Positions 1-13,455 of a DNA stretch of 64,000 bases are shown piece by piece. The notes beneath the pieces were generated by a model. The model saw only the letters and a list, made by a program, of their open reading frames with translations, ran no database searches and was not told the DNA's origin. How positions within the stretch are numbered: the stretch's first letter is position 1; each line of letters starts with the position of its first letter. Position numbers and translations under genes: made by a program. Source of the DNA: Eremomyces bilateralis CBS 781.70 (lineage: Eukaryota); assembly GCA_010015585.1 (NCBI GenBank), contig ML975150.1; one strand, 5' to 3'.

Positions 1-298
1 TAGGATATATGTGCGACCTGGAATTAGTGCTAGACAAATCCAAGGACAAATCCATGGTAGTCTCGTTTGGGTTGAGGAGCAATGCTGGGTTGTCTTGTTC
101 ATGCTGAATGGTAATCGTTGGAATAATTTGTCGATCCTGAGCTGAATCGGCGGTGCCTCGTTGGTGGTTGCTGCCTTAGTTAGTGGTTCCATGCCGTCCG
201 TCTCTGAACGATGTCGAACCTCAATAACGTTGTGGCAGAGGGGTTTTGCATCCATTATCTCAACTTTCAATGCTTCGACCTATCCACTAGCCGTAGCC

Positions 299-1197
299 TT
301 ACCCGTACCATTCGGTTAACAACCTCAAAGGGATCTCGTACTCACCATGGTACTTGTCATGATACCCCATGAGTCGGATCCCAGCTGCTTCATTACAGTG
401 ATCGGGGGACAGCGCCATGAGTCCAGATGTCTGCAGGTGCAGGTATTTGTCCTTGGAATATGACCATGCGAAGATAGACTGATCATCGGATTTCTTGACT
501 ATTTCTTGCTGCAGCCGTAAAAAAGCCTTGCTTCCCTCACCATATAGCAGCGGCATACTCACGTTAAACAGCCCGAGAAGGGAGTAAGCTTGGTCCTCAA
601 GTCTTGTGGTTCGCCTCCCGGATGCCCATGACATCTTCTCCGCAATGCTGCTTGTGGCCCATCTTCCTTCCTCGAGCATCTTCCGGCCGATATGGGTGAT
701 TCTCGATACCGCCGCGCAAAGGGACTTCTTCGTACCGATCTCGACCCAGTCCGATCCTAGGAACACACCTCGGCCGGCGCGAGTAGTTCTTGTAATGATT
801 AACCACGTGTGAACCATCGGCTAAGAGAAAAGGACGATTTAAGGGCCGTAGGATCCTCGGAGGAATCGACGTCGCTTATGTAGACATAACAGACAGCCGC
901 ATCAGAGTACCATTTGAATATGGAATTGATGGCTTCGGACAGCTCGGCGCTAGAAGACTTGTCGATGCAACAGGTATCGATCCATACGTATTGGAAGCCT
1001 TCAGATTTTGCAATCCTACAGCAGCCGCGGATCTTCTCATAGACTATCTTAGACCAACTCTGTTCACTGATGTGGTCTGCAAATGATACCTCCTCTTCAC
1101 CCCATGTATGAGAGAGGAACGCGTACAAAGGGATGTCAATGCCGACTTCACCGATGAAGTCCTCGAATTCTAATGTTTGGACGTTGACCAGCCGCAT
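299..1197 (-). pseudogene. HET-domain (heterokaryon incompatibility) protein, disrupted
   Basis: Motifs LSHTWGEEEV, WIDTCCIDKSSSAELSEAINS, SRWFTRG(W)xLQELLAP and AYSLLGLFNVSMPLLYGEG. The Trp of RGW is TAA (799-801), and a 1-nt frameshift follows near 768. The 3' end is uncertain. Confidence 0.9.
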
Positions 1198-2013
1198 GAC
1201 GAACAATGTTCGAGACGTCGTGCGACTAAAACTACTAGAACTGTTGCGGTATGGTAGCTGAAGTGATGTCGAATTGGCAGTTTGAAGCCCATGTAAGTTG
1301 TACCATAATCCTCACCAAACATCCTGGCTCGGTCCAGTACTATGTAATACGTACGGACCAAGTGGCTGCTTGTAATACTGTACCTACCTCTACGTACTAC
1401 CGCTGACCTGTGGATCACTTTCCAGTTTCTATACATGGTGATTGGCGAATCGAATAATGATACATGTGCATTGATCGTCAAAACAGCACTCGTGACTCAG
1501 GACTCCGCATGTGAGCAACCCAGCCGTCAGCATCTGGGCCCCGCAATCGCCTGTTAATCAATTCGGGACCTAACGTCTAAATTCTGGACTCTGAACTCTG
1601 AACTATGAAGGACCCGAATTCCTATCCGAAGAAGCATCCTGGCTACTAATTATGAAGACCCATGGAGGTATTCGAGCCCTGACGATCAGCACGCCTTGAG
1701 ATGAACCTGGACCTGCTCTTGATTCATGCTTTCTACATTTCGGGTCAATGTCCTCCGGTATTGTACCTAGTAAGATGCATTTCTCCCCGAGGCCATTTCT
1801 TTCCCTATACTGGACTCGGTGTTCGGTCATATACCGTGTTGTCTATGCGGAGAGATGTAAATTACAATTGCGGTTGGGGTTGACATCGGCGCCTTGAGAC
1901 TATTAAGTATATATGCTCGCCAGTCCCACATGGAATTTCCATCCTGGGAACGAAGTACAGATCCGTCTTGCCTGTCTTGAAATATCTTATGAGTCTCAGA
2001 TCCAGGTGACAAT

Positions 2014-3753
2014 ATGAGTACCAACAAAATAGCTCAAATACTTGCCAGCAGATCCAAGCTAAAGGCCGGAAATAATCGAACCAATGCCGGGAATATTACT
2101 GTCAGGGAGTCCTTATTGCCTTTAATCCTAGAGACGATGTTGTACTTCCTTTGGGTATTGTTTGGTCCTTGCCTAGACCCTTTGGTGTACATAGCACTGA
2201 TCTTCTTATAGGGGTTTGCATACGGTCTGTTTGATACGTTGAACAAACACTTCCAAGATACGCTCCACATAACGAAGGGGCGGTCTGCAGGCCTTCAGGG
2301 CGTGTACTTCGGGTATGAATCCAAACTCTGAATCATGTCATAAGATTGACTGGAATGGTATAGAGCATACCCCTTAGCATCCTTAGGTTATGCGAACTAG
2401 ATACTCCGGCACTACGGTTATAAGGCAACCTTCATCGCAGGTACGCACAGCGTGGTGGATCTATGACCCGAGATCTAATAAACAGTAGGACTCGTACTGT
2501 ATGGTATCGGTGCTCTTTGCATGTGGCCGGCCGGACTGTACCAGTCGTTTGGTGGGTTCTGCGGTGCTACCCTCGTTATCGGCAGTGGTCTCGGTACACT
2601 CGAAACCGCCGCGAACCCCTTCATGGCGGTCTGTGGGCCTCCGAAATATTCAGAACTCCGGATCAATCTTGCCCAGGCTGTACAAGCTGTCGGTACGGTC
2701 GTCGGTCCCGTTCTGGGTTCGTACGTATTCTTCAAAGAAACCCGTGACTCTGTCGACGCCCTTCGTAATGTGCAGTGGGTTTATCTGGCCATTGGAATCT
2801 TCGTCTTTTGCCTCGCCGCCGTCTTCTTCGTTTCGTGGATTCCAGAGATTACTGATGCCGATATGCAAGATCAGGCTGAAGAAACTCATGCAGGCTCCAG
2901 TGATAAGCCTTTTCACCAGCAGTATAGGCTATTCCATGCTGCCGCTGCACAATGGTGCTATACTGGAGCCCAGGGTATGATGCTCTGCCTTAGGAACTAC
3001 TCAGTGATGCTGACAATTGTTCTAGTTGCAATCGCCGGTTACTTCATCAACTATGTAGTTGAATCGCGACCAAGGACAGGCAACGCCATGGCATCGAATT
3101 TCCTGGCAATAGCACAAGGCTGTTTTGCTGTGGGACGCTTCAGCGGCGCCCTGATCATGCGGTTCATTCGTCCACGCTGGGTTTTACTCGCCTATATTTG
3201 TGGCGTGCTGGCGTTTAATTCGGCATCCATCACGTCCGAGGGCAATGCTGGTCTGGTAAGCTCAAGGATTCGATCATTTGTTGTTGGAAGGGCACTGATG
3301 TTGCGCAGTCATGCTAATGCTCACCTTGTTCTTCGAATCCGTCTGTTTTCCGACCTTCGTCGCGCTCGGTATTCGAGGTCTAGGACGGCACACCAAGCGC
3401 GGTACCGGTCATGGTAGCTGGAGTTTCAGGAGGAGCTGCAGGTACGTCCAGCCTCCATTCGCAATGCTATCTTCCGCATTTCTGATGGGTTAATAGTGCC
3501 TCCGATTCTTGGGGCCGTTGCCGATGCCCGAACCACGCCGTTTGCCATGGTCGTCCCTGTCCTGTTCTTTGTCGTACCGTTTTCATACGCAATATGCGTG
3601 AACTTTCTTCCCGCTTATCGGGACCCCGCGGACAAGATCGGAGAGAGTGGCATCAGAATGCAGACAGATGGGGTAGATATGGAGCACGGTACAATGGAAA
3701 GGAAACCTCACGATGTTGAGCACGAGGAAGTCGTGGGAGAAAAGCGAGGTTGA
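2014..3753 (+). pseudogene. MFS L-fucose/glucose-galactose permease (FucP-like), multi-exon, disrupted
   Basis: Spliced translation gives FLWGFAYGLFDTLNKHFQ, LETAANPF, RINLAQAVQAVG and FFESVCFPTFVALG. There is an in-frame TAG at 2398-2400 (YAN*ILRH) and a frameshift near 3410 before MVAGVSGGAA. Confidence 0.85.
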
Positions 3754-4446
3754 GGTATTGTATCCTGGACAAGGTCGAGGACGGATGGCTCGGAATCGCG
3801 ACCTGCTTTCCCGTTATATTCCCACGTCAATGTATTGTGCAGAATGCGAGACACCTACACCTTAGTACTGTGCCTAGATCTTGTGATATCATAATACCAC
3901 CGTATTCCCTGGTTGGAGTGGAGTGGATTAGTCACACGACTCTGCCTGCCGTAGCATAGTTCCCGTCGCAATGGCAGTCGGGGACTGAGGCAAATCTCTT
4001 CCTGCATCACTGCGTCTTAGTCGTATCATTCTGGAATCATAAATATCCAATTAATCTTCTTGTATCTCGTAACGCTTATTTCAACGCCAACGCTGCAAAC
4101 AACACTCCAGTTGGGCGCGCTGATCAATATAGCCTGCCCGTCATGGGTACCCCGGTCTGCCCCGGTAATCATAATCATACAAGTAAGCAATTGAAAACTC
4201 ACTTCGTTGCACTCGACCAGGCTGAAAATCCATTGAGCCATTTCCAATGGGTTTCACCTGTCAGTATGAAACTTTAAATCATAACTCCCATCTGTCGTAG
4301 ATAAGCTCGAAGTATATTCGAGAAGCAAAATGGGTATAGATTTTCCCAATGGTGTTCGCAGTTAATGCGGTTGCTGTCTTCCTTCCCGGATTAAGGAAAC
4401 ATTGCCACATAAAGGCTTTTCAAAGTTCTCGTAGAGCGAGGTGTGA

Positions 4447-5285
4447 TTACGTTGTCCTGCCGGGCATGCTAGGCATTGGGGGAATCGCACTCTTCCCCGA
4501 ATCTTGAGATTGGGGCCGAAGCGACTTCATGCTACGGAAATAGTCAGCATAACCCTTATTAGGTACAGAAAGCCTGAGAGATCAAACCTTTTCGCCTTTC
4601 GTAGGTTCCCTCTCGAGAAAAATTTGCGAAGACCTCTGGGAGCCGTAGCGCCAGTTTGTGTCTGCGAATGCTGTAGCTCAATTAGTACAGGCTCGGATCT
4701 ACGACGTAGAATATGTCGCATTGGGAGCCATTTGCTCACCTGGCCACCACTAAGTGGTCTTCCGCTACTAATGCTTCCATTCACGCTGGCGACTGGTCCA
4801 GCTTGATGTCTCCAGCCGTTTGCGCCTTGCTCCCCTGCCTCCAGGCCATTGGGGATTTCTGGAGGCGGTGCCACGCGTTCGGTATCTCCGCACACAACCA
4901 CATACCAGGCAACCTTCTCGCCAGGAGCCAACTTGTCTCTCAATTCGACCAACGCGCCCCAAGCCTCGCTGTCCACGCCTTTACCTCGGACCTCATCCAA
5001 GTCCACGCCCAGCTTGATCTCGTGAACCACATCGGCCACATACGCAAACGGTTGCGATTTGCTCTCTGCGCGCTCGTCCAATGGGTCATACTGTTCGATG
5101 AATCGTAGGGAGGGCAGCGACGGCATAATCGAAGGGTGAGTCTCGGAGAAGTTGTTGAGGAGGGTGTTGGTGGTCATCGGAGCCATCAGCCATTCCGCCG
5201 CGGCGTCATCGAGGTTCTGTAGGATGATGTGGATGCGGATGAGCGATCGGGGCCACCGGAAGCCGTGAAGGAGGTAGGTCGGCAT
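4447..5285 (-). CDS. FlbE-like conserved fungal protein (3 exons)
   Basis: MPTYLLHGFRWPR..IRIHIILQNLDDAAAEW..LRFIEQYDP..SQPFAYVAD resembles the Aspergillus FlbE family. Introns lie near 4670-4740 and 4532-4587. The last exon reads SMKSLRP..GRTT*. Confidence 0.75.
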
Positions 5286-6354
5286 TGTGGATGGATTCCT
5301 CGCTGTCTGAAAGATTGGGGATGCTCTGGGAGAGTATCAGACTGTCAATTGGAAGGGAGAGGTGCCTTTCAGGCCCAGATGGTATTAATGTAATCGACCA
5401 CTGCCCACCAAAGGGGAGTTTTGGGCGACTGATGATCGGACCGTCGTGGATGCGTTCGGAGAGGATTTTGTGAGACTTCAGGAAATCAAAGGTCAACTTT
5501 GTGTCGCCGGGAATGGACTGACAGTCGCAAAAAGGATGCAGAGCGCACAATCGGGGGACAAACTGAGTTCCCGTTGCTGTCAGATCTCCCGATTCTCGTG
5601 ATCCCTGCCGCCGCCGACCACGCACGTCGCGCCAAAAGGATATTTCGAACTGTCACCGAGCAATATCAGAACGTATTATACGTGATGCTCGCGTTCGAAG
5701 CGCGTCCAAACATTGATGCGGCTCCACGCAATGATGCAAAGGCTTTTGGAACCGGGTAACACCACGTCAGGCTCCGTTCATGCTATTGGAGGGAGTGAAC
5801 CGGGAATTGGTAGCCAGCACGACCTCTGAGGGGGTTGCTGGTATTTCGTGGCCCGTGAGATCAATGATAAATAATTATGGCCTTACCATATGGCTTACGG
5901 ACTAATGATTGGTGCTATCCGACGATTTGTTTGCTTGGAAGTAAGGAACCAAAGAAAAGAATAGAAGGACTGAGAACATATTGGAAGCTCATAATAGGAA
6001 CTTAAGGACCATAATTATTAGATTTGCGGCTCCGTCCGTGGTGAGTCTGGGGCCAATCCAGGATTCCCATGACATGGGACTGCGCGGGGAATCCAAAGGA
6101 GATCCATCTGCACAATGAGTCTGCACTCTGCACGATGGATGATGATTAGCATTCATGTCTGTATTTATGCCTGCATCCATCATCTTGCATTATTGATGTT
6201 GGACAATCGTTTAGCCCAACCTGCGATTCGAACGAGCCTACGTCTTGCGTCGAAGTGTCTAACTCCGCAACTCGATATTTCACGCGCCTTGGCCGGTTCG
6301 GTTGTGCATCATCCAGCTTAACCACTTTGGAATATTCAGGCGAGGCGCACTACA

Positions 6355-7606
6355 ATGCCCCTGTACGTACCATTTTTTAGTGACATCTGCTTGAGGGGTG
6401 AATTCGCTGACCCATGCCTTGATACGCAGGCACCTACTCCCGAAGAAATCATGGCACGTCGCCAACGCAGAGAACATCGCTCGGGTGAAGCGGGATGAAG
6501 CTCGTGCTGCCGCGCTCGAGGAAGAGGAAGACCGGATATTGGATGAATACGATGCAGCGAAACGCCTGGCAATCCTGAGCGGGACAACGCCGCCTCCGCC
6601 ACCAGCACGACTTACCGAAGAGGATCGCAAGCGACGTCTCCGCGACGATGACGTGTCGGGTGAGAAAGGCCGTGGGCAGGACAGGATCAAGAGGAGACGA
6701 CATGGGGAAGACGACACCGAGAGAGACATCCGGTTGGCACAGAATACAGTGTCCGTCCACTCTACAGCTGTCCAGGCGGAGCAGGATGTGGGATGGGGTG
6801 GCAGTCGCAGCATTCGTCATGGGAAAGATGGAAATGCTGCCGTCATCGACCACCAAGGTCATATCAACCTGTTTCCCGCCCCGGAGGTCCCGGTGAGGAA
6901 CGCCGATGCAGAGATTAAGGATAAACGAGATCGGAAAGAGCGGCAGTTGATGCGGGAGAGCGGAGAGGGAATGAAGCTTGTCGATGCTTCTGGATACAAT
7001 CCGGATTCACGGGCTCCATGGTACACAGCTCGCGCCACTGCGAACCTCCCCGCCTCGAAGTACGACGTCACGGAAGACAGTGGCAGGCGAGACCGCAAGA
7101 GCGAGGCATTTGCTCTGGTTGAAAGCAAGGACGTTTGGGGGAAGCCCGACCCTCGTCGAATCGAGCGCGAAAGGACGCGAGTTACTTCCAACGACCCGTT
7201 TGCCCTTATGAAAACCGCGCAAACGAAGCTGAAGCAAGTGGAAAAGCAACGCAAGGATTGGGTCAACGAGCGGGAAGCGGAAGAGGCAGCGCTGCGACGC
7301 AGTCAGGAGGGTTCTTCCTCCCGGAAACGGAAGCATGAAGACCGCCGCAAGAGAGCAAGGTCCATCAGCCGAGCAAGTATCGATATCGACGACGCGGACA
7401 GTCTGGACGGGTTTTCCCTCGATGCCAAGGAGGGACGCCGGGCGAGCGCCCAACGTGTCCCGGAACGATCCCGCGATGACAGGCGTCATGCAAGGCACCA
7501 GCACCGATTGAAATCCAGACCTCGCAGTAGAAGCAGGGATACGAGTCGCCGACGACGCCATGGTGACAGCCACGGTCGTCGTGACGATCGCCATCCTCAT
7601 GGTTAA
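6355..7606 (+). CDS. Cir_N-domain LENG1-like putative splicing-associated protein
   Basis: ATG at 6355 and intron 6363-6429 give MPLHLLPKKSWHVANAENIARVKRDE (Cir_N motif). The C-terminus is R/S/D-rich. Confidence 0.85.
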
Positions 7607-9618
7607 GGAATTGTCCCGGCCGGTTCAGAACACATAAACGATGAAATTGCTTGCTCCGTTCCGACACATCTCAGTACCCAACCATCACAACTGAGTGAAC
7701 TGGCGCATATGACAACTATCCGAGTAATATCGGGTAAATAAACAAATTTAGGCGCTGGCTACAGTTCACCCAATGAGGCACCAATGCTCCGGTTCGGGGT
7801 CAGCCCAGGTTCCCGGGTCAGCGTTGGCGATATCAGCCGTGGCAATGTAGTAAGTTGGTGTTGTCATCCCAATCTACCCTTCCTGGAGACGATGGCAGCC
7901 CCCTTTGTCAAGTGAGCTCGACGGCTCGTACACCCTTGACGTTGTGTGTCCTGGGTATCCTGATGACGTCCATTATTGGTTAGAGGTATAACCCGAGCAT
8001 TCCTGCCGACCGATATCGACTAGACCCCGTCTGGTTGTATCAACTTGAGGCTTGAGAGCAAGCAAGCGATCTGTGTATTCCGTACGGAGTTACAACTTTC
8101 TTGTTTTACATATCCGCCTTTCCCTCCTCCCAGGTCGGTAGTTGCTGAACTCTATGGGTAGGTAAACCGATACTTGCGCGACGATCCGATCCATTTCTGG
8201 CTGAAATATCGATTTGAATGGCGACGAGGGGACTCCTGGCGGCACTCTCCGGGACAGCCGCATCGTTTCTGTGCAGAGATGGATCAATTCTCCAGCAGCC
8301 TACGGAACCCCTGGAACGAGGCCGGCGAAGAGACCAAGACATGGTGGGTAAGCGGACACGCAATTGGCATTCACGACGTTGCTTCTGGAAGTTCTGGACT
8401 ATTTCCCAGTACGGTCCTTGAACTGCCGAATACCGAGCACTAAGCAGATGGACGCCACTGATGCTAGTCATCCGTTCCCACTTTCCCGGCTTGTCGAGGT
8501 CCAAGGGTGGGAATTGGGAAATTGGCGGTTTATTTTCTCTCGATCCTTTCTCGAAACCATGACATGAAGTTTCCGCTGCGCCTTGGCACGGCGCAAGGTG
8601 GACCAGACATGCTTCCTTCTTGCGATACCCTGAAATCGGAGGACTAATATGACCCTTGCGTATTAGTGATCGGAAGAATTGACAAATTCAACAGCTACGC
8701 TTCATTTAGTCACGACGCTTCTAAATAACATTGGGCCAGAAGGACGTGCATGCGACCCACCCATCAGTGAATCCTTAATTCGCATATTCCAACTTCCAAG
8801 ACTCAACATTAACTTATGCTCGTATACATTGTACCCTAAAGACCGTGCCAAGTAGGAGGTTGAATACGACCCATGTCAAAAGTTCTATCTCCGGTTGACA
8901 AGATGGATGGTGTCACCTCATGCATGAAATCCCACGTCCACAACAGATTGGTGAGATAGCGATGACCCAACTCTCCAACACATCGATCCGATTGCGCCAG
9001 GCACCAAGGCACCACTGTGATCCTTGTCTGGTCCAAGTCTGGCGATGGACAAGCTGAATCGCAAGAATAATAATAGCATCCCATGTGAATGTGTCCGTCA
9101 CCCCACAGTACCGGACATATAACACGGAAAACACGCGACAGTCTAGTGACAGCAACTGATTTTCGATCGATCTTGTTGTTTGATTTCGCGGGGATCCCGT
9201 GCGTTAGCACCTCAACTGCACGGCATAACATTCACGTTGGGACTTGGGAACATGAACATACGCCAAGGCTGACCAACCCTGGAGACTATGGAGTACCTTT
9301 GAGTGACTTTAACTACATTAATGATATCATATGTGGATATGAGAACAGAATAATAGCCGCTCCTTACTTTTGTCCTTGAAGTGAAGTGATGCTTACAAAA
9401 TGCAAAATGGTCTGCATTATGGTCCCCTCTCTGGCTGTCTCACGTGAATTCGCTTAGCCACGCAGCGCCAGGGCTTGATGCCTCGCTTCATTCAACCTGA
9501 AATCGATATATCTCACATCGGATTGTTCGTCAGCTTGAAAATGAACATGAGAAAGCCACATGGACTTGGCTTGTTATGGTGTAGCAGTGGTGAGTGGTGA
9601 GTCGTTGATATGAATTAT

Positions 9619-10610
9619 GATAAGATCGGGGTGATGTTGGGAAGTGGGTCGGGGCCTTATCTTTCTCCATTCTCCAGCCAATCACCAGCGGGAATTCAAG
9701 CAATGCCAAGCCAACGGATTGATGGCGAAACGACTGGCCGCCGCGTCTAAGGCCAGGGCCTTAAAAAACCCTCCATGGACAGGGACGACCAAACCTGACC
9801 GAACCACGCTTACCCACACGGCAATTCAGGGCCGATTTGGTGTTGACCAATCAGCACGTGCATTTGCCCGATTGCATCCCTGTCGCTTTGGTAAGGCGTT
9901 GATGCAACCAAAACTGATAAGGACGTCGCCTGGACAGAAATCGGAGATTGCTTATCTTTGTGTCAACGTCGTACATCTCGCCCTCACACTCACGACCAGA
10001 ACTCAATTCCACACGCCGTCACGATCCTGGATGTCGATCGTAGGAATTAGCTGGTGCCCTGGCGGTAGCGTTCGGGTCCAACAGAGCCGGCATTCAGCAG
10101 TAATAATGCTGAGCCACTGAATAGATCGAGTTTGCTATGGTACTTGCGGTCCGCGACTTAGCATTACGATGGACACTAACCAGATTGTATCATGATAACG
10201 ATCGCCTCCATCGAAGGCATCGGAACTGCTCGCGTAGATATGAATGGTAAGCCGTATAGTTGCCCGCCCCATTTCCCTATCTCTCTCTCCGGCAGACCCT
10301 TCCAGTCTGTGCCAGCTGACGGGTCGAGGCGACCGAGTTCGTCCCACTCAATCCGGTCCCATAACGGTACCAATAACCAACTATTTACAGCTGCAAGGAA
10401 GATGAGCTTCCGCTAGCCCTGTTCTCCCCACGACCACTGGGATGGAACTGATGGAATGTGTGGGAGTCTGGGTGTGTCCCCCAACATGGCGCCACCCAGA
10501 TTCAATGCGAATTCCAATCATATCCCGGCGTCCCAGCCTTCGATCTGCGGCTCGTCTAACCTTCCGCAAAGTTGCCCACCCGGTTCCCCCATCTGGCCAG
10601 GGCAGATAAG
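9619..10610. promoter_or_regulatory. Clustered GATAAG (AreA/NIT2-type) sites upstream of the ammonium permease
   Basis: GATAAG 9619-9624 with CTTATC 9656-9661; GATAAG 9916-9921 with CTTATC 9951-9956; GATAAG 10605-10610. Confidence 0.6.
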
Positions 10611-10950
10611 CTGCGCAGGTCGATGCAAGTCAGTCCAGGCCTAGCGTTGCCGAATGGTCTGCATGCTTCCCTTATTTTCCCGGAAAGCCCACTGGCGTGT
10701 TCTCTCCTAGTGGACCTGGCTTCGAGACGTTCGAAGACCGCGATCATTATTTTAATCCCTCCTGTCCCATTCATCTTGTGCGATCTTGCTCTTGAATTCA
10801 CGATCTCATCCCCCTCCCTCCTCCCTCCCTCTCGACGTCAGTTCAGAGTCAGAGTTGATATATTCTCTTATACCTGGCGCTGTGCTTGCCTTGAACACTC
10901 TTTTCGATTTTTTCATTCAATATAACAGTATCCCCCGTCCCGATTCCAAC

Positions 10951-12750
10951 ATGGCGGCCGCGGACGCCTACTTCCCGAACTACGGGTATGTGGGAGCTCC
11001 GTCGAACTACAATGCGACAGAGGGTTATGAAGACATCGGTGGCGACTCCCGTAAGTTCATCCTGTCCGGTCCTGGTGTTAGCATCCAAACTGGCCAATCA
11101 GTCCATCTCCTGCTCATCCCGAGACGACGACCATCAATATCATGAGAAAGAGTCCTAACACCTATTTCCAGGCACGGAGAACTTGAACCAATGGTTCAAT
11201 GCTGGCGACACGGGATATATCATCATTGCGACGGGTCTGGTGTTGATCATGGTTCCAGGACTGGCTTTCCTCTATTCCGGTTTGGCTCGCAGGAAGTCGG
11301 CCCTCAGTATGCTCTGGGCTGTGATGATGTCCTCTTCGGTCATCTGCTTCCAATGGTACTTCTGGGGCTATTCCCTCGCCCTCAGCCCCACTGCCACGAA
11401 CGGCTTCATCGGCAATCTCGACAAATTCGGCCTAAGGAGGACTCTCGGTGCTCCCAGTCCTGGTTCTCCTCTTGTCCCTGAATTACTATACTCTATCTAT
11501 CAAGTATGCCATATCGATATACCCCCCAAATCGTCGGCAGCCACTAACTAAAGACTCCAGTGTATGTTCTGCTCTGTTACTGCGGCTATCATTGCGGGTT
11601 CGATCGCCGAGCGGGGCCGTGTCATCCCCATGATGGTGTTCCTGTGGGTCTGGGCCACCATTGTCTACTGCCCGCTCGCCAATTGGGCGTGGGGTGCAGG
11701 AGGCTGGGCCTTCAACTGGGGTGTCATGGATTATGCAGGTGGCGGTCCTGTCGAAATCGGCTCCGGTCTCACCGCCCTCGCCTACTCTATGGTTTTGGGG
11801 CGTCGCCAGGAGAAGATGATGCTCAACTTCCGACCGCACAACGTCTCTCTTATCACCCTCGGCACTGTCCTCCTGTGGTTCGGATGGCTCGGATTCAACG
11901 GTGGCTCGGCGTTCGGTGCCAACCTCCGCGCTGTCATGGCTTGCTGGAACACCAACCTTACTGCTGGCTTTGCCGCCATCACTTGGGTTCTCCTCGACTT
12001 CCGCCTGGCTAAGAAATGGTCTATGGTCGGCTGGTGCTCAGGCACTATTTCTGGCCTGGTCGCTGCAACTCCCGCTTCTGGATTCATTACCCCATGGGCC
12101 TCCGTTGCTCTCGGTATCGTGACTGGCATTGTGTGCAATTTCGGCACCAAGGGTATGTTTCCACGATCGTTCTGCATCTCGGGTCCAATCACTAACTCCT
12201 CCCAGTCAAATTCTGGATCAAGATCGACGACTCCATGGACGTATTCTCCGAGCACGGCATCGCCGGCATAGTCGGCCTGATCTTCAACGGCATCTTCGGC
12301 GCGAGCTACATCATCGGCCTCGACGGCGTCAATAGCGCCGACGGTGGCTGGGTCGAGAAAGGCTGGAAGCAGCTGTACATCCAAGTCGCCTACATCGTCG
12401 CCGCCTCCGCCTACACCTTCGTCATGTCTGCCCTCATCGCCTTCGCCATCAACAAGATCCCCGGCCTCCAGCTCCGCGCCACCGAGGAAGCCGAGCTCCT
12501 CGGCCTCGACGACGACCAACTGGGCGAGTTCGCCTACGACTACGTCGAGGTTCGCCGCGACTACCTCGCCTGGACTCCCGCCAAAGCCGACCCCTCCACC
12601 AGCGAGTCAAACATCCCACAGGGCGACCGCCACGGCATCTCCCAGCACAGTCAGATGCTCGAGGGCCGGGCGCCTAGTGACAGCGCCAGTGCGGAGCACC
12701 CGGGCGACGGTCAGGGCATCGCGCTGGAGAAGGTTGAGGGTGGGCACTAG
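10951..12750 (+). CDS. Ammonium transporter (Amt/MEP family), 4 exons
   Basis: Motifs MVPGLAFLYSGLARRKSAL, MDYAGGGPVEIGSG, LWFGWLGFNGGS, GLVAATPASG and DVFSEHGIAG. Three GT-AG introns. Confidence 0.97.
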
Positions 12751-13455
12751 CGTGCCGATGTGCCGTTTGCACACACCCTGGGCGTTGTGGGAGCGTTGCC
12801 AGATATCACCACTGTACTTTTTTTTATTTTAATTCTTCCTGTTCTTTGAGCGACATGCGGAGGACCTTCTCTTCCGACGATATACCAGCGCAGATCTTTT
12901 TATCAAAATATAGCGAAATCGTTGAACGAATGATTTGAACAGCCCTTCTGCCGTCGTCCGTATTCTATTTGATCTCCGTAATCCCCTTGTGCCTCTGCAA
13001 TCATTTTGCATCGTACAGTTTTCCAGTAATAGTCCAACCTTCAAGTGCTTGCAGCCACTCCAATCAACCAGGTTCTCTTGACGTTTATCTTTGGTAAGAC
13101 CTAGAGTTGCGTGGGCAGCCTGACCCAAAGGGAGAAAATTTGGATGGACAGGATATGCAGAAAGATGGGAAGAGTGGGAATCACCTCGTGAGACGTTGAA
13201 AAAGAAAACCCTTCTACCCCAGGATTTCTAGGTCTATCCATGTCTCAAAATCCGGTTGTACGTACAACAGGGATATGGCAGAGTATGTAAATAGTAAATA
13301 CGGATAGGAATCTCAGAGAAAAATTTCCATTCGTTATGAAGTGCCGTTATGCCAGTCTATTGTCATTCCATCTGTGTCGTCACCCAGCCTCAACACCTTC
13401 GCTACATTACAGAATATCAAATAGGATACCCGACCAATGCAATCGAAATCCATGC

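Noticed and set aside
7880..8567. Overlapping short ORFs with splice-like signals
   Set aside because: No recognisable domain and no convincing spliced frame. It may be an orphan or a relic.
11782..12519. Long antisense ORFs over Amt (likewise over PEP4, the MFS, SH3 and M28 genes)
   Set aside because: Shadows of GC3-biased codon usage on the coding strand.
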